From: Chrysochromulina tobinii
Lineage: Eukaryota
Length of the DNA stretch: 38,176 nucleotides
Direction: 5' to 3'
NCBI GenBank assembly: GCA_001275005.1
Contig: JWZX01003015.1
Coordinates: 1-38,176 of the forward strand
In this document: one piece after another, positions 9,884 to 19,888 of the stretch
Numbering within the stretch: the stretch's first letter is position 1
Layout: the number at the start of each line of letters is the position of its first letter
Program-made: the position numbers and the translations under genes
The notes under the pieces: model-generated
Database searches by the model: none
What the model was told of the DNA's origin: nothing
What the model saw: only the letters and a program-made list of their open reading frames with translations

Positions 9884-12103
9884 TCAGTCCAGGCCCTCCA
9901 TTCCCTCGTCGGCGTCGGCCTCATCCTCCTCGACCCAAAGCTCGTCCTCCTCCTCCTCCTCCTCGCCCTCGCCATCCTCGCCATCCTCGCCGTACTCATC
10001 GTCCGTATCGTCCTCCCGCACCACCTGCAGCGTGACCGTTTGCAGGGCGTCGCACCCAGCGTAGGACAAGCACACAGCATGCACCTCAAGCTTGAGCTCA
10101 TCCGCCGCCCTCACGCGCGTGCGCATCACACCCGTCCATTGGACGCCGCTCTTCTTGTCCTTGGCCTTGCCCGCGCCCTTGGTGACCGCCACGGGCGCCC
10201 GCAACGGCGCTTTCCACTTTGTCCATTCCTTCGGCGCTGCACAGATCGCCCGCACGCCCCCCCCTTTCCCCTCGACGCCCCCCTCATCCCCCTCCACGAG
10301 CAAAAGCATCCAGGCCTCGGGCTTCTGGTGTGGGAAGAGCGGCGCGTGGCACGAGGCGGCGGGTAGCGCTCCGCTGCGTGCGCCGCTCTCGCGGTGAGCC
10401 AGATGGAGCGTCGCCTCCACCGTCAACAAATCGCCTTCCCTTGGCGGTCCCTCCTCGTCCTTCACGCCCGCAAAGTTCACAGTGAGCGTGGCGCGCGGGA
10501 AGACGCGCTCGCAAAAGGCGTGCACATCCGAGCGTGCGGACCCGCCCTCGAGCCCTGCGCGCACCAGGAGCGCGTCGCGCGCGTGCCGCTCCATGCTGAC
10601 GAAGTCCGCAAGCGACTTCGGAGCGTCCTCCTGAGCGTCCTCTCCTTGGCGGAAGGAGGCGCACAGCAGTCGCGCTGCGCACGCCGGATCCACACAAGGC
10701 AGTTGGAGAAGCTGGAGAAGCGGCGTGCCGGCGCCGCGCGGCGGCAGCGCCTGGTGTAGGCTCTGGGCGAGTGAGAGCACCGGCCGCACGCATTCGGCGA
10801 AGCCTAGGCTATGCTTGAGCACCGCTTCCATGAAGAAGGCCTCGAGGATCGTTGGCATGTAGAGCAGGAGGTTTTGTAACGGCTTCTGCAGCTCGAGCGG
10901 CACCGGCAGCCGCTGCAGATGCGCCAGTAGCAGCCACTCGAATGCCGTGTCCATGCTCACCTTCTCGCTTGCCCCGGCCGTCGCCCCCGCCCCCACTTGG
11001 GCCTTCGCTCGAGCAGCAGAAGACTCCATCGCGGCCAGTTCCAGAGCTTGCTCGGCCAGTGGCGACCGCGATCCCTTGGCGATTGCGGCGTCGCCATTGC
11101 CGCCCTCACGCTCACCGCCGCCGCCGCCTTTGCCCTTCTTGCGCTTGCGCGCCTTGCCACCTCCTGTCTCGCCCTCGGCGCAGTCCGCCTCCGCCTCTGT
11201 CCCCTCTCTTGATCCGCCCGGGACATCGCCGCGACTCGCCGCAACCGTTGGCACGGCTCCCGCGGCGCTCGCCTTCGGCTGTAGCTGCAGAAGCGCGCGG
11301 CGCTGCTCGTCGCTCAGCGCCGTCTCGGATGTGTCGGCCGCGGCGTACGCAGACGCGGCTAGCTGGACCAGATGCTCGCGCACTGCCTTCGCGCCACTCC
11401 GCTTGAGAGCTTCGCGGTAGTGTTCGGAGGCCACTTCACCGATCTTCGAGGCGCGTTTGGCCTGGGGATCGCCATTATCACGCATGCAGCACAGGGCGAT
11501 CAGTGGCACGCCGAGCACGAGCATCAGCGCGGGCAGCAGTGCTGCCTCGTCCAGCATCCACGCGGGCAGGCCCATCCCGTATGCGAATCCTTGATACCCG
11601 TCCGGGCTGCCGAACTTTCTAAAGTTACTCGCCGCGACGGGATCCGTGAGGATGGCATGCGCCTTGACGATCGCCGAGAAGCGCGCCCTCGCCGCCGGGT
11701 CGGGGTTCTTGTCGGGGTGGTACACGCGCGCGAGCTGCCTGTACGCTGCCTTCACCTCAGTGATGTTCGAGCTCGAATCGATGCCAAGGGCCTCGTGAGG
11801 ATCGAATGGCGCCGCTTCGCCGGGACCCGCACCCAGGATCCCGTACAATACCAGGAGCTCTGCCAGCAACGATAGCACGAGCACCAGATTGGTGACCGAT
11901 GCCCATCGAGGCCCGAGGCGCTCATCTATGGCCGTCGCTTTTACGACCACAGGAGACGCGACGTCAAAGCCAACTGCCATCCAACAGTCACGCTCACGTG
12001 GCGCACCAGGGCTGCACGTCTTCACGAGCAGCGCAGAGAGTAGCACGGCCGTGATGACGGCCAGCACGAACGAGTCACCGGCGGTCAAGTCCGCTGGTGC
12101 CAT
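9884..12103 (-). CDS. SEC63: Sec63/ERdj2-like translocon J-domain protein
   Basis: Two TM segments; J domain FDPHEALG...KAAYRQLARVYHPDKN; KFGSPDG...GMGLPAW; third TM; LLQLP; HAPLFP..KPEAW; SYAGCD; long acidic C-terminal tail. Confidence 0.85.
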   Translation of the reverse strand: MAPADLTAGDSFVLAVITAVLLSALLVKTCSPGAPRERDCWMAVGFDVASPVVVKATAIDERLGPRWASVTNLVLVLSLLAELLVLYGILGAGPGEAAPFDPHEALGIDSSSNITEVKAAYRQLARVYHPDKNPDPAARARFSAIVKAHAILTDPVAASNFRKFGSPDGYQGFAYGMGLPAWMLDEAALLPALMLVLGVPLIALCCMRDNGDPQAKRASKIGEVASEHYREALKRSGAKAVREHLVQLAASAYAAADTSETALSDEQRRALLQLQPKASAAGAVPTVAASRGDVPGGSREGTEAEADCAEGETGGGKARKRKKGKGGGGGEREGGNGDAAIAKGSRSPLAEQALELAAMESSAARAKAQVGAGATAGASEKVSMDTAFEWLLLAHLQRLPVPLELQKPLQNLLLYMPTILEAFFMEAVLKHSLGFAECVRPVLSLAQSLHQALPPRGAGTPLLQLLQLPCVDPACAARLLCASFRQGEDAQEDAPKSLADFVSMERHARDALLVRAGLEGGSARSDVHAFCERVFPRATLTVNFAGVKDEEGPPREGDLLTVEATLHLAHRESGARSGALPAASCHAPLFPHQKPEAWMLLLVEGDEGGVEGKGGGVRAICAAPKEWTKWKAPLRAPVAVTKGAGKAKDKKSGVQWTGVMRTRVRAADELKLEVHAVCLSYAGCDALQTVTLQVVREDDTDDEYGEDGEDGEGEEEEEEDELWVEEDEADADEGMEGLD

Positions 12104-12212
12104 CCGACACGAGCCTCGTCGCGACTCCTTTGGTAAACGAGTGTGAAGAAACCTGTGAACTACTGGTAACGCACTCGTCGTGCACCGGCGGCCGTTTCGT
12201 CCACTGACGCGC

Positions 12213-14096
12213 TCACTTTGCAGGCTCCACCATGTAGAGCGACTTTTTGAACCCGCGAATACCGAACGTGGCGCGGAGAGTCTTCGAGGAGAAGAAGCTC
12301 GCCAACATACCTGGCTTAGCTGGCGACTTGCCGCCCTTGCGAAAGACTTGTTCCATCACTGCATCGTCGATCATGCTTTCGGTCTTCACCAGTTCCCGAT
12401 TCTTCGCGAATCGCTGGTTCCCCCACGCTGTCAGCTTTTTATCCGCGGGATCGGAGCGCTCCAGCCCATGGACCGGGTACATGGGCGGAGGCAGGCCGAT
12501 GATCACAAAGTTGCGCGCCCTCTCATCGTGCCGGAAGTCGAATCGGCGCTTGGGCACGTTACACCGATCGCACGGGTCCGGTCCTCCGATGAGCTCCTCA
12601 CGAAGCTCATGGCGTGCGGACGAGATGAGGACGGAATTGCGCGCGATCTCGCTCAAATCGGTCATCGTCAGACTCCATGCGTGCTTCGCCGTGATGTACT
12701 CCTCGAGCTGGGGCTGGTTGCTCATGTGGAACTGGAGGGGGTCGTCGGTTGTGAGCGTCACGCGCAAGCCACGCTTGAACATCATCGGGAACGGGTTCTT
12801 TGCATATGGCAGGAAGAGGCAAGCGTTGCTGATCGGCGAGACTGAAATCGGGAAGTCTGCGAGGTAGTACAGGTACTGCAGCACCGGCTGGTGCTCGAGG
12901 TTGATGCCGTGCGAGATGCCATTCGCAAAGAGGAATGTGCTCGCCAGGTGATGAGGCGGACCAGCCTCGCCCGCGTGCGGCCGAAACTTGAACGTGTTCA
13001 GACCCTTGTCCTGGCGAATGGCGTTGAGCGCCCTCAGATTGTGCCAAAAGTAGAAGGTGTAGTAGCTGTACGGCGGGTTCTGGTCTCTGTCGTACTTGGT
13101 CGCCGGAGGGTACTCGCTGATGAAGAAGGGGTCGTCCTGAGCTTCGTTGTCCACGGTGTCGATGCATTTGATCTGCTTGAGCAGCTTGGCCAGGTTCTCA
13201 TGCTTCTCAGGGTGGAGGGTGGCCTCAAACATCGGCCCAAAGAAGTTGTTCAGCAGCTCCCCAAAGTTGTTGATGGCCTTCATCTTCTTCCAGACGTGGT
13301 ACACGCGTGGAAACTGGATCGCATAGAGCACGTGCTTGTGCCACGGCCTCGCCGTTTCGAACCAGTCGCCGAGCTCCGCCCACTCCCCGTACTTGCGGGC
13401 GTACACGGACACACGCGGCTCGAGAAAGATGTTGCTCTGTTGGGCCTTGTCAGCCATGCGGCTGATGATCTCCTTGAGGTAGCGGCCACCGAGGATCTGA
13501 GGCTTGAAGAGCAGATCAGCCAACGCCTTTGAGCGGAACGGGGTGAACGCCGCGTTGAACTCGTCAAAGTCGCGGTACATGTCAGCCGTACTCTGGGTAC
13601 GGAGGTCATCGATGGCGGTCTTGCCCGGTTCAAAGCCAGCGGCGAGAATCATCTCGCCGATCGTCTGCTTGGCGTCGTAGGGCATGTGGCCGTCGCGTGC
13701 GTAGATCTCGTTCAGATACGCGAGCAGCTCAGGCGAGGTCATGAGAGCCGAGAGGTGCAGGTGTGTGTCAACCTTGGCGGCCATGTAGAAGTCGGTGTTG
13801 TCGCTGCGGGTCTCAACGTCCTCCAGCCGCTTCTCGGTGAGCTCATAGCCCTCATAGTGCAGATCGTTGAGGCGCAAATGATTCTCGCAGAACCGAGACA
13901 GCGATGGGTTTTCCATCAATTGGTACAAGCGAGCCATGGAGGACGTGGCCACCTCATACACCGGCCCCACATAAGGCTCCGTGCCTGGCACTTTTGCCTG
14001 CAAGAGATCAGTACGGAGCTGCAGAAGCTCGCGCAGGGCTTTGGCGTCGCCGAGTTGTGCAGTCGGCATGGTGTTCGTACCGCCAACCTTAGACAT
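12213..14096 (-). CDS. AMPD: AMP deaminase
   Basis: DFY...KVDTHLHLSA, EPRVSVY, NPPYSYY, FRPHAGEAG, ISHGINL, LQYLYYL, SPISN, LTTDDPLQFH, EEY, SEIARNSV. Confidence 0.95.
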   Translation of the reverse strand: MSKVGGTNTMPTAQLGDAKALRELLQLRTDLLQAKVPGTEPYVGPVYEVATSSMARLYQLMENPSLSRFCENHLRLNDLHYEGYELTEKRLEDVETRSDNTDFYMAAKVDTHLHLSALMTSPELLAYLNEIYARDGHMPYDAKQTIGEMILAAGFEPGKTAIDDLRTQSTADMYRDFDEFNAAFTPFRSKALADLLFKPQILGGRYLKEIISRMADKAQQSNIFLEPRVSVYARKYGEWAELGDWFETARPWHKHVLYAIQFPRVYHVWKKMKAINNFGELLNNFFGPMFEATLHPEKHENLAKLLKQIKCIDTVDNEAQDDPFFISEYPPATKYDRDQNPPYSYYTFYFWHNLRALNAIRQDKGLNTFKFRPHAGEAGPPHHLASTFLFANGISHGINLEHQPVLQYLYYLADFPISVSPISNACLFLPYAKNPFPMMFKRGLRVTLTTDDPLQFHMSNQPQLEEYITAKHAWSLTMTDLSEIARNSVLISSARHELREELIGGPDPCDRCNVPKRRFDFRHDERARNFVIIGLPPPMYPVHGLERSDPADKKLTAWGNQRFAKNRELVKTESMIDDAVMEQVFRKGGKSPAKPGMLASFFSSKTLRATFGIRGFKKSLYMVEPAK

Positions 14097-14365
14097 GTGA
14101 CTCTTCCGCGATTACATCAGCTTCCGGCCGAGGCAAAAAGGTCGATCTCGAACCGCTCGGTTTGAAACGGAACTTGGTCCATAAATGGCAAGTAAGGAGA
14201 CACGAATGCATGCAACTTGCAACGCAACTACGCAAGTCACCGTCACGAGATACTGTGGGGGCGGGGTCCGGTCAGAGCAACTGTACGGTACTACACCCAG
14301 GACCCTGACGCTTGAGCTCACCCGCACGACCCACGTCCGAGCTCCCAGGACCCACCCATCGCCCT

Positions 14366-15709
14366 TTAGCTCTCATTCTTCTCAAAGCCCATCGCCGTGA
14401 AGCCCTTGGCCTTCGGGTCGGAGCGCACGGCGTCGATGATACCCATCTGCTCCGTCGAGAGTGCAAAAGAGTAGACGCCCGCGAGGTTCTCGTCCATATG
14501 AGCCGGGTTGCTCGTACCCGGGATGGCCACAACACCCTTCTGCACGGCCCAGCGCAGCACTACCTGCGCCACCGTTTTGCCGCTCGAACGCGCGATCTGC
14601 TGCAGCGACTCGACGGTGAACATGCTCGCGTGCTGCATCATCGTGCCCTGTAGTGACGCGAGGCGAACGCGCTTTCGGTCGTGAGGTGGTGGCACAATAG
14701 TCGGGCATGCGGGCTCAAGATGGTCCAGCTTGCATGCGGGCTCAATATGGTCCAGCTTGCATGCGGCGGGCTCAACATGGTCCAGTTTCGCAGGTTGCAT
14801 GCGGGCTCAAGATGGTCCAGCTTGCATGCGGGTTCGAGGGCCCACCTGGAAGGGGGACCATGCGGTGATGGCGATGCTGTGCTTCTGGCAGTAATCGACG
14901 ACCTCCTGCTGCCAATCAGGCGCCCACGGGTTGTACTGGATTTGGTTCACGCTCACTGGCGCCAGGCCGAGCTTTTCGAGCGCCTCGATCTGCGAGATTC
15001 CAAAATTGGACACACCGATATTGCGAACGAGACCGGCGTCTCGCAGCGCGGAGAGCTTGGTCCATGCATTCACTCGGCACTCGACCGCCGTGCCGTTGCG
15101 GCAGCGCCCGAGCGGCCCGAAGCCCTCCGGATGGTGCAGCAGCACCAGGTCCAAATAGTCCAGGCCCAGCTGCTTCAGCATGGTACGCACCTCCACGTCG
15201 ACCTCGTTGCCCGAATAAAAGCGCGGGCCGAGTTTAGACGTGACGAAGAGCTCGGAGCGTTGCACACCGCGCTCAGCGGCTGCCGCGATTGCATGGCCGA
15301 TGGCCTCGTTGTTCATGTAAAGGTACGCCGCATCGAGGTGGCGACCGCCTTTGAGGAGGTACCACAAGACCGAACGGCTCACCGAGTGGAAATCGTACGC
15401 GGTAGCTCGGCAGCAAAGACCGAGGCCGAGCATGGGAAAGGAGTCTTTGGTCCCGCGCAATGAAAGAAACTTCTCCCCGCTTGGGCGCGCGGCGGGCTTG
15501 AGGTCTGCCGGCACTCGTGGCGTTGGCGAACGCTCCTCCCACCAATCATCACCCACGATGGTCGCCGGCAAGTAGCCATTTGCGAGGGGTATGATTGTGG
15601 CAAATGCGCGGCCCTCGGGAATGTGCGCTTGTGAGCAGAATCCAACAAGACTTGCGATCAACGCCACCACTAGCGCACACGGATACACGCAGAGCTTGCG
15701 CAACATCAT
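14366..15709 (-). CDS. Aldo/keto reductase with an N-terminal signal/anchor; 2 exons (15709-14846, 14647-14366)
   Basis: PMLGLG, HLDAAYLY.NE (catalytic D,Y), LFVTSKL (K), LGLDYLDLVLLH (H), IGVSNF, VNQI, AWSPF. A phase-0 GT(14845)...CAG(14648) intron joins to KTVAQVVLRW...IPGTSNPAHMDENL. Confidence 0.9.
14705..14832. repeat. 27-bp minisatellite (about 4.3 copies) inside the AKR intron
   Basis: Unit GCATGCGGGCTCAAGATGGTCCAGCTT with variants; the third copy carries small insertions. Confidence 0.9.
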
Positions 15710-16247
15710 CGCCTGCCTCCGCTGCCGAAGTGACGAACGTGTGTACCGGTACCGGTATCGAAGGTCATTAGTTTCGTCAAGCCGCGCGTTTCAGCGCTTC
15801 GAAGCACGGTAAAGGTTTTACATGTTCTGAGCACTCTATAACGCTCGTTTGAGTACACGATGTACTTGAGTGTTTTTTCGACTACTTGTACAACTAAACT
15901 TGTGAGAAATGAGAGTCTTCCTCTCTTCCACGACGTTGTACGTCGTGTGGGCGATCGTAATGCCTATGGTGACTCCGGATCCCCGGATCTGGGGATGCAG
16001 ACTAAAAGCCGTACGCCTGAGGAACATGGGCGCACATGGACCTGCTGTAGAGGATGCAGACGAGAGCAGGGACCGACCCGATCTGATCGGCGTATGCTTA
16101 CATGCATTGAACGCGAGGCGGCGGTGCGCTGCGCGTCCCGGAGACGGCACGCCCGTCAATCGCCCCCGGGCTTGTCATTTCGTCCCAAGCGCGTACAATA
16201 CATGTGAGTGCGGCCCATGCCGACAGGCCATCCATGCCGACAGGCCA

Positions 16248-16690
16248 TCATGGCCAGAACTCATTGTCCTGCGCGCACACGAGCGAGGGCGCAGGAGTGA
16301 GCCACAGGGAGCTGGTGCGGCAGCTCGCACAGCAAGCATACAGAGGTGCGACCTCCCCCGGTGAGCGGCATTCGCGACCAACCACCGCCAGCTCTTGCGC
16401 ATCAGAGAGGCAGTGGAGTGCGGCGGGACAACGCGTCTGGCCTCTTGGCCCAACTCCCACAAGCGGCGTGTCTACGTGGCAGCACCCGCAAATACACGCA
16501 AGCTGCGGTCCACGCAGAACCGCGAGGGCGAAGCGGGGCTGGCGCGCACCGCAAAGAACATGAAGTCAGTCACCATGAGCATGAAGAGTGACGCCGTCAA
16601 AACTGACCACATAGTCCAGATGTTGGCCGCGAAATTCATAAACAAGCTGGCCCCGAAGAGGGTCACTAGGACACCCTGCCGCGTGTTCAT
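16248..16690 (-). CDS. Putative 53-aa two-TM membrane microprotein; 2 exons (16690-16550, 16268-16248)
   Basis: ATG at 16690 gives a strongly hydrophobic 47-codon exon followed by GTGCGC. A GCTCAC branch-like site and GCGCAG acceptor at 16269 lead to DNEFWP-TGA. Product: MNTRQGVLVTLFGASLFMNFAANIWTMWSVLTASLFMLMVTDFMFFADNEFWP. Confidence 0.5.
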
Positions 16691-16907
16691 GACTCCCTGC
16701 GGATTGCGCGCAGGTCCAGCACCGCTTCCGTCGCGCGGACAGCTACTCGATCGAAGGACCCGAAGAAAAAGTCCTCAAGAAATGACGCGTTGTTCGAGAG
16801 GAATTCATGCGCTGGAACTGGCGCTCCGGGTTCATGCTTCATCGCGAAAGTCGATAAATGCGAAGCAGTTCGTGCATGTGAAAAGTCGAGCCCTTTGGTT
16901 CCCTCCG

Positions 16908-18309
16908 ATGGCCGCTGTACTGGTACTGGAGAGCACGGAGATGCTGACGGCGTCACCGCCTGCACCCTCGCCGCCCGTACCTGTACTGGAAAGCAGCACG
17001 GAGGTGCTGACGGCGTCACCGCCTGCGCCCTCGCCGCCCCTACCTGTACTGGAGAGCAGCACGAAGGTGCTGACGGCGTCACCGCCTGCGGCGCCCTCGC
17101 CGCCACCAATCAACAACGGCGTCTTCAGGTCCGACCTTCTCACCGCCTACGAGGCTCTTCGATCGCCCGACGGTCTGATCGGCAAGGCCGACCTCATGGC
17201 ACTCCTCATCGGCGGTGTGCTAGCTGCAGCGGTGCTGTTCCTCACCTTGCTCACCTGGCGAAGGACATGCGGACGGCTGCGCCTTCGCTGTCAGAGCTGC
17301 CTCGCCGTGGGCTTCGCAGCGCCAGACGACGTTGAGGGAGCAGAGCTTCTTTATTCCGGACTGCCACGTTCGGATGGATTGGCTGCAGGAGCGCCGCCGG
17401 ACTGGAAAGCTCCGCCGGCGGTCGAGTGGTCCCTAAGTGGCAAGGTCGCCCTCGTGACGGGCGGATCCAAGGGATTGGGTCGTGCGATCGTAGAGGAGCT
17501 GCTCAAACACGGCTGCGAGGTGCTCACATGCGCTCGCGACCTGACCCCACTAGCCGCGCTCGTGAGTTCAGAGCCGCGCTGCGTCGCTGTGCAGGCGGAC
17601 GTTGCGACGGCGGAGGGGCGGCAGAAGCTGCTCGCCCTCATCGCTCGCCGCTACTCAGGCAATCTCGACATCCTCGTCAACAATGTGGGCACCAACCTAC
17701 GGCGCACCAGCGCCTCGCATGAGTATACAGACGCGGAGTATGATCTCGTCCACACGACGAACCAATCGTCCGCCTTCCACCTCACTCGGCAGTGCTACGC
17801 CGCGCTCAAGAAGCGCAAGGGCAGCGTGGTCAACGTCTCTTCCGTTTCCGGCTCCATGGTCGACAACACGGGTGCGCCGTATGCGGTACGCCAAGAGCCA
17901 ATCGAACGCTTGCGTGCAGACCCGAACCGCAGGGCCACGTCGCTCCATTTCGCTCATCGGCCGCGCCCCGTGCTGGCCCGGGTGTGCATCGGCCTCGCAG
18001 ATGACCAAGGCGGCTCTCGAGCAGATGACGCGCTACCTCGCGTGCGAGTGGGGTCCCGACGGCGTTCGAGTCAACGCCGTCGCGCCCTGGTTCATCTCTA
18101 CGCCGCTGACGGAGCCCTTCTTGCGAGACAGCAGTTTCCACGCCGCCGTGAAGCGCGTCACGCCGCTGGGCCGCGTCGGCGAGCCCCATGAGGTTGCCTG
18201 CGTGGTCGCATTCCTGGCGATGCCCGCCGCCGGTTACATCACCGGGCAGGTGCTTGGCATAGACGGCGCAATGATGCAAGAGGGCTTCCGGTATGAGAGC
18301 GCTCATTGA
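16908..18309 (+). CDS. Tropinone-reductase-like SDR with an N-terminal Pro-rich repeat and TM anchor; 2 exons (16908-17885, 18001-18309)
   Basis: WSLSGKVALVTGGSKGLG, LDILVNNVGTN, VNVSSVSG. A phase-0 intron GT(17886)...CGCAG(18000) reconstitutes the catalytic YA|MTK, followed by LACEWGPDGVRVNAVAPW, TPLGRVGEP and YITGQ. The start codon is uncertain. Confidence 0.88.
16915..17105 (+). repeat. About 60-bp coding tandem repeat x3 (VLESSTEVLTASPPAPSPPxP)
   Basis: Three near-identical units tactgga(g/a)agc...tgctgacggcgtcaccgcctgc...ccctcgccgcc. Confidence 0.9.
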
Positions 18310-18411
18310 GAGCTGAGGGGGCCGAGGCATGTTCACGTGTGTACACGCGCAGTCGCCGTCTCCGGGTCTCCGCCTCGACTATTCCGAAACGCCGTTTTGG
18401 GTTTTCGTCGA

Positions 18412-18814
18412 AGTTCAAGTTCAAGTTACTACATAAACAACAGACACTCTAGCGGAAGCCTATCGAATCACTGCTCTCGAGCTTGAACTAACTCACTTTC
18501 GTCGTTTCGAGGATCGAGCGCTTACGGCACATGAAAAGTCTTTTCGTTTCGCTTCCGTATAGGAGGAGTTCAAGTTCAACTTCAAGTTACTACATAAACA
18601 GCATAAACAACAGACAACCTAAAGGAAGCCTATCGAATGTGCTCTCGAGGCTTGCAGTGGTGGTGAAAGATTGTTGACGTGAGACACACAGGGGAGAAAA
18701 AACGGAAAGAGCACGAGCGGGAAGGAGACGGGGAGGAGACACGCCACAGGGTGCTAGCCTGCGTGCCCTCAGAGTACAATCGAAGAGAACAGAACTTGAA
18801 CTTGAACTTGAACT
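18412..18814. repeat. Intergenic ~75-bp imperfect direct repeat plus inverted (GTTCAA)n/(TTGAAC)n tracts
   Basis: gttcaagttcaagttactacataaac...acagaca...ggaagcctatcgaat...gctctcgag occurs at about 18413-18485 and 18568-18654. The reverse-complement tract aacttgaacttgaacttgaact lies at 18793-18814. Confidence 0.8.
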
Positions 18815-18893
18815 AGAATTATATGCATATTATAGACCTTGAAATATACGAGACTTTACTTGGAACTTTTCGTTAATCTCCGAAACGAGAACC

Positions 18894-19564
18894 ATGCGCT
18901 TCGCCGCACTGCTGCCGCTGTTGGCGGGCGCCGTGAGCGCGTGGCAATCGGCTGTGCCACTTGCTCGGCATGGCACTGCACTCCGCCGGGCGGCCGTGCA
19001 CGCCAAGGAGGAGGAGGTCGTCTTTACCTTCGGAGATGCAGACGACATGAGTGACTCAACGGCAACGGCGATCATGGGGGAGGAGCGTGAGCTGACGGAG
19101 AGGGAGAAAGAGATTGCGCGGTTGCGGGCGGCCGAGAAGTTCATCCAAAAGGCGACGGGCAACGCCAAGTGCAACACTTGCGGCTACAAATACAAGTGGG
19201 AGGAGGGTGCGCCGGGGATCCCCAAGAGGACGCCCTTCGAGCTCGTGCCCGATTCCTGGTCTTGCCCGAACTGCAAGTCGCCCAAGGCCTTCTTCGCTGC
19301 GGAGACGATCGAGATCGCCGGCTTCGAGGACAACCAGAAGTACGGCTTTGGCACCAACACGTGGACGGAGTCGCAGAAGTCGACGGCCATCTTTGGTGGT
19401 CTGGCTGCCTTCTTTGCCCTCTTCATTAGCGGCTACGCGCTGGTGAGCCAACACTCCGCCTTGAGCATCTCGCACGATCCCCTCCCATCTCGCCATGCTC
19501 TACCGATGCCCCAGCCTCTTCTGACGCGACGTTACGGACCTGTCGTGCGCTCTCGCAGAACTGA
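18894..19564 (+). CDS. RBD1: Plastid-targeted membrane rubredoxin (RubA/RBD1-type, photosystem assembly); 2 exons (18894-19442, 19559-19564)
   Basis: Signal peptide MRFAALLPLLAGAVSA-W; CNTCGYKY...GIP..TPFE.VPDSW.CPNC..PK..F; AGFEDNQKYGFG.N..T..QK..IFGGL...F...GY. A GTGAG(19443)...CGCAG(19558) intron gives the ending SGYAL-N-stop (184 aa), in place of the long unspliced tail. Confidence 0.9.
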
Positions 19565-19888
19565 TTGGGATTTGGGACGCAGCGCAACCGCGATGGCAGC
19601 GCGCTCCGGCGATGGCGAGAGCTGTGCACTTCTGCTGATGTCTTTTCTCGCATGTGGGCGTTCACCAGCTGTGTGCGGGTAAGTGCCCCGCACAATCATG
19701 CCTTGCGCGTGCGTTGCACTCTTTTGCTTTTGTCGTCCCTCTTCTCCCAAACCAAAGTGTGCCGGCGGCTGCCCCGCCGACATCGAGGCGGTGTGCGCCG
19801 CGTGGATTCGAAGACAAATCTTTTGCATTAGTCGCGATTTGGTGTTCATTATTCATGTCGCTGTGCGGTTAAATGAACGGCAGCACCC

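Noticed and set aside
15836..16207. Short ORFs between the AKR and the microprotein
   Set aside because: No motifs or consistent splice structure; probably UTR/promoter sequence.
16395..16907. 5' extension of the 598-aa ORF
   Set aside because: It starts at a non-ATG codon, has no recognisable features, and overlaps a better-supported minus-strand microprotein and an AT-rich promoter-like spacer.
18793..18814. (TTGAAC)n as an interstitial telomere or heat-shock element
   Set aside because: Only 3-4 units, not TTAGGG-like, and direct rather than the alternating nGAAn arrangement of an HSE.
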